DNA of 63,908 nt, filler included, from Sandaracinaceae bacterium (GTDB lineage: Bacteria > Myxococcota_A > Polyangia > Polyangiales > JADJQN01), in NCBI GenBank assembly GCA_947483975.1. It is 3 parts of 3 records of this genome, joined end to end, with 100 filler letters (N's around TTAATTAATTAA, not from the genome) between each part and the next. Parts side by side here need not be neighbours in the genome. Positions count along the whole stretch, not along the records: positions 46,422 to 63,908 come from CANKOL010000069.1; 2 more parts are not named here. One strand, 5' to 3'. The first letter of the stretch is position 1. The number at the start of each line of letters is the position of its first letter. The notes under the pieces are model-generated. The model saw only the letters and a program-made list of their open reading frames with translations, had not been told where the DNA came from and did no database searches. The translations under genes and the position numbers were made by a program. Of this stretch, positions 61,250-63,908 are shown one piece after another.

Positions 61250-62871
61250 GGACACGCGTAGGGCGGGAGGGTGATGGTCGAGATGCCGCCCCACGAGACG
61301 CGCACGCCGTTCTCGAAGGGGAACGTCGTGCTCACCGCGTCGCAGCCGATGCCGGGTCCGCCGGTGCCGGGGGTCGCGCGCACGTCCATCGAGCGCTCCA
61401 CGATGGTCGTGAACGCGCTGAGGATCGCGTCGTTGAACGGCGTGCCGGGGCAGATGCCGAGGTCGTGGATGTACATGAGCAGGTCGCTCTCGGACCAGCG
61501 TCCGGTGACGAGGATGTTCGTGAGCGCGGTGCCCGAGCCCACCAATTGCGCGCTGAGGCGGCACTCCGTCAGGCGAGCGCGCACCGTGCCGCGCTGCCCG
61601 GGGAGGTCGATGTCGGCGCGGTCGGGGAGGCGCGCGACGAGCCTGCCGCCCGTGACGTAGGCGTTGTCGTCGAGCAGGAGCGGGCGCCCGCCGCCGCCGA
61701 ACGCGGACGCGCTCAGGTACGCGACGTCGGTGCCGTCCCAGAGGGGCGGGGGCAGCATATTGGTCTCGGTGACGCCGCCGTCGGGGACCGGCGTGTCCGC
61801 GCGGAGGATGTCGATCGCGTAGCCGAGCGAGACGGCGACGCGCGGGTCGTCGGGCTGCCCGTTCCAGCCGTCCAGCGTGACGACCGGGACGTTCGAGCCG
61901 CTCGCGAGCGACATCGCCGTCTCGGTGGCGATGGCCGGCGAAAACAGCAGGAACTGCGAGACGATCTGCGCGCCGAACGCGTTGTCGCGGCCGTCGATTC
62001 CGTCGGTCGGCGCGGGCGCGGAGGGCGGCGTGCACTCGCTCACCGGCGTCGCCGCGAGGGCGTCCGTGCAGTCGCCGTCCATGTCCCAGCCGAGCGTGCG
62101 CCAGCGGTCGCCGCTCTGATCGATGAGCACGTCGCGCAGCCCGAAGTGCAGCGTGCCGATGGTCGTGCCGTCGTCCGCGCAGATCGGCCGAACGCCGGGG
62201 CGCGCCGGCATACAGCCGAGCGGCGCGCCGACCACGCCCGAGTCGCCCTGCTCGCAGCCTCCGCTCGCGTCCGGCCGGTCGGCGTCCACGTCGCCGGCGT
62301 CCTGCGGCCCCGCGTCGAGCGGACCTGCGTCACGCGGCCCGAGGTCGACGTGCCCCGCGTCGAACGGCGGCGCGTCGACGCCGAGGTCGAGCGACGAGAG
62401 CGGCGGCAGCAGCGAAGGATCGACGAACACGTCTCGGCAGAGCCCATCGCGGCAGGTCGTGTCCGCGTCGGGGCAGACGGTGCCGACGCAGTCCGCCGTC
62501 AGGCGGATCAGCAGCACGCGCCGCTCACCCGGGATGAAGCGCGTCGAGACGGAGGTGCGCAGGCGCTCGCTGCCGCGCAGCAGCCCGCGGACGACGACGG
62601 TGAACGCCGTGTCGCTGTCGGACTCGGACCGCAGGCCGAGCGTCAGCGGGAGGTGCTGCGCGCTCGCGCCGGTGAGCGGAGCGTCGAGCCCAGGGACCAT
62701 CCGCCCGCTCGCGTTCACGCGCACCTCGATCGCGTCGAGGGCGTCCGGCACCCGCAGGTCCGACTCGACGACGACCACGACCTCGGTGATCTTGGCGGCG
62801 CAGCCGGTGAGCAGCAGGGCGCACGCGAGCGCCGCGAGCGCCAGAGCGCGGTGTTCAGATCGACGGGCCAT
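61246..62871 (-). CDS. Large lipoprotein, unknown function
   Basis: LLTGC lipobox, TEVVVVVESDL.VP, DAG linker, GWDMDG.CT, DG.DG.DN.FG. Confidence 0.75.
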   Translation of the reverse strand: MARRSEHRALALAALACALLLTGCAAKITEVVVVVESDLRVPDALDAIEVRVNASGRMVPGLDAPLTGASAQHLPLTLGLRSESDSDTAFTVVVRGLLRGSERLRTSVSTRFIPGERRVLLIRLTADCVGTVCPDADTTCRDGLCRDVFVDPSLLPPLSSLDLGVDAPPFDAGHVDLGPRDAGPLDAGPQDAGDVDADRPDASGGCEQGDSGVVGAPLGCMPARPGVRPICADDGTTIGTLHFGLRDVLIDQSGDRWRTLGWDMDGDCTDALAATPVSECTPPSAPAPTDGIDGRDNAFGAQIVSQFLLFSPAIATETAMSLASGSNVPVVTLDGWNGQPDDPRVAVSLGYAIDILRADTPVPDGGVTETNMLPPPLWDGTDVAYLSASAFGGGGRPLLLDDNAYVTGGRLVARLPDRADIDLPGQRGTVRARLTECRLSAQLVGSGTALTNILVTGRWSESDLLMYIHDLGICPGTPFNDAILSAFTTIVERSMDVRATPGTGGPGIGCDAVSTTFPFENGVRVSWGGISTITLPPYACP

Positions 62872-62942
62872 CGTGGGCCAGCGTACCAGCGTTCCGGGCG
62901 CAGTGTGTTGGAGCTTCGCGACGGCCACTGTAGGCTGTGCTC

Positions 62943-63908
62943 GTGGAACCGCGCAGCGGCGACCGGCTCGGCCGGTACCAGATACTCTGCCCGATCGCCT
63001 CCGGCGGGATGGCGACCGTGTACGCGGCGCGCGTGCTCGGCGAGGGCGCGTTCCAAAAGCCCGTCGCGCTCAAGCTGATGCTCGGGCACCTCGCGCGGGA
63101 CGAGAAGTTCGTCGCGATGTTCATGGACGAGGCGGCGCTCGCGGCGAACATCCAGAGCCCGCACGTCGTCGCGACGTACGACCTCGGGCGTGAGGGCGAG
63201 GACACGCTCTACATGGCGCTCGAGCTCGTGCTCGGGCGCACGCTGCGCGAGCTAGGCGACGCGGCGGAGGCGACGCCCGGGGCGATGCCGCTCGACGTCG
63301 CGCTGACGATCCTCGTGCAGGCCGCGCGCGGGCTCGAGGACGCCCATCGCGCGAAGAATTCGCAGGGCGAGCCGCTCGACCTCGTGCACCGCGACGTCTC
63401 GCCGCACAACGTGCTCGTCGGGCTCGACGGGCGCGCGCGCATCTCGGACTTCGGCGTCGCCCGCGCCATCGCGCGCACCTCGCAGACCGAGACCGGCGAG
63501 CTCAAGGGCAAGCTCGCGTACTTCTCGCCGGAGCAGCTTCGCGGGCAGCCGCTCGATCAGCGGAGCGACGTCTTCGCGCTCGGCATCGTGATGTGGGAGG
63601 CGCTCGCCGGGAAGCGCCTGTTCGAGGCGGACAACCCGCTCGCGCTCGCGGACCGCATCGCCAACGCGCCGATCCGGCACCTCGACACGCTCCGCAAAGA
63701 CCTGCCGCCCGGCGTCGCGAGCGCCATCGCCGCCGCGCTCGTCCGCGACCCCGAGAAGCGCCTCTCGTCGGCGGGCGCGCTCGCCGATCACCTCGTCGCG
63801 GCGATGTCCGCGGGGGGCCTCGCGCAGGCGTCGCCGGGGCGCGTCGGCGAGGTCGTGCGCGCGCTCGGCGGCCAGAAATTGCACGCGCTCGAGCAGCGCA
63901 TCGCGACC
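62943..63908 (+). CDS. Hanks-type Ser/Thr protein kinase (3' truncated; absent from the ORF track)
   Basis: GRY.....IASGGMATVY, VALK, MFMDEA, VHRDVSPHN, DFGVA, KGKLAYFSPEQ, SDVFALG. Confidence 0.93.
   Translation, partial: MEPRSGDRLGRYQILCPIASGGMATVYAARVLGEGAFQKPVALKLMLGHLARDEKFVAMFMDEAALAANIQSPHVVATYDLGREGEDTLYMALELVLGRTLRELGDAAEATPGAMPLDVALTILVQAARGLEDAHRAKNSQGEPLDLVHRDVSPHNVLVGLDGRARISDFGVARAIARTSQTETGELKGKLAYFSPEQLRGQPLDQRSDVFALGIVMWEALAGKRLFEADNPLALADRIANAPIRHLDTLRKDLPPGVASAIAAALVRDPEKRLSSAGALADHLVAAMSAGGLAQASPGRVGEVVRALGGQKLHALEQRIAT

Overview
High-GC (myxobacterial/Polyangiales-like, judged from MYXO-CTERM motifs, Cys-rich lipoproteins and a Ser/Thr kinase) draft sequence. It is three contigs joined by artificial 100-bp N/TTAATTAATTAA linkers (1-23464, 23565-46321, 46422-63908). 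Recognisable genes: HelD-like helicase, LamB-type porin plus GH13 amylase, yhhQ, comEC, an orphan fusA, thiC with a TPP riboswitch, fumC, amtB, a second GH13 amylase, imuB (3' end) and dnaE2, a RAYT/HUH transposase, fbaA, add and three toxin-antitoxin pairs. The most unusual signal occurs twice independently on contig 1. An intact gene (helD, amylase) is followed by accessory cargo and then a 5'-truncated, internally deleted copy of its own 3' end that stops at the stop codon. No integrase is visible, and the amylase copy differs mostly at synonymous sites. Other notable items: two arrays of one 42-bp double-palindrome repeat family, a heptamer frameshift switch inside a lipoprotein signal peptide, and an amylase ORF with an internal MYXO-CTERM plus lipoprotein signal (possible polyprotein). 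Family assignments come from motif recognition, not database searches.
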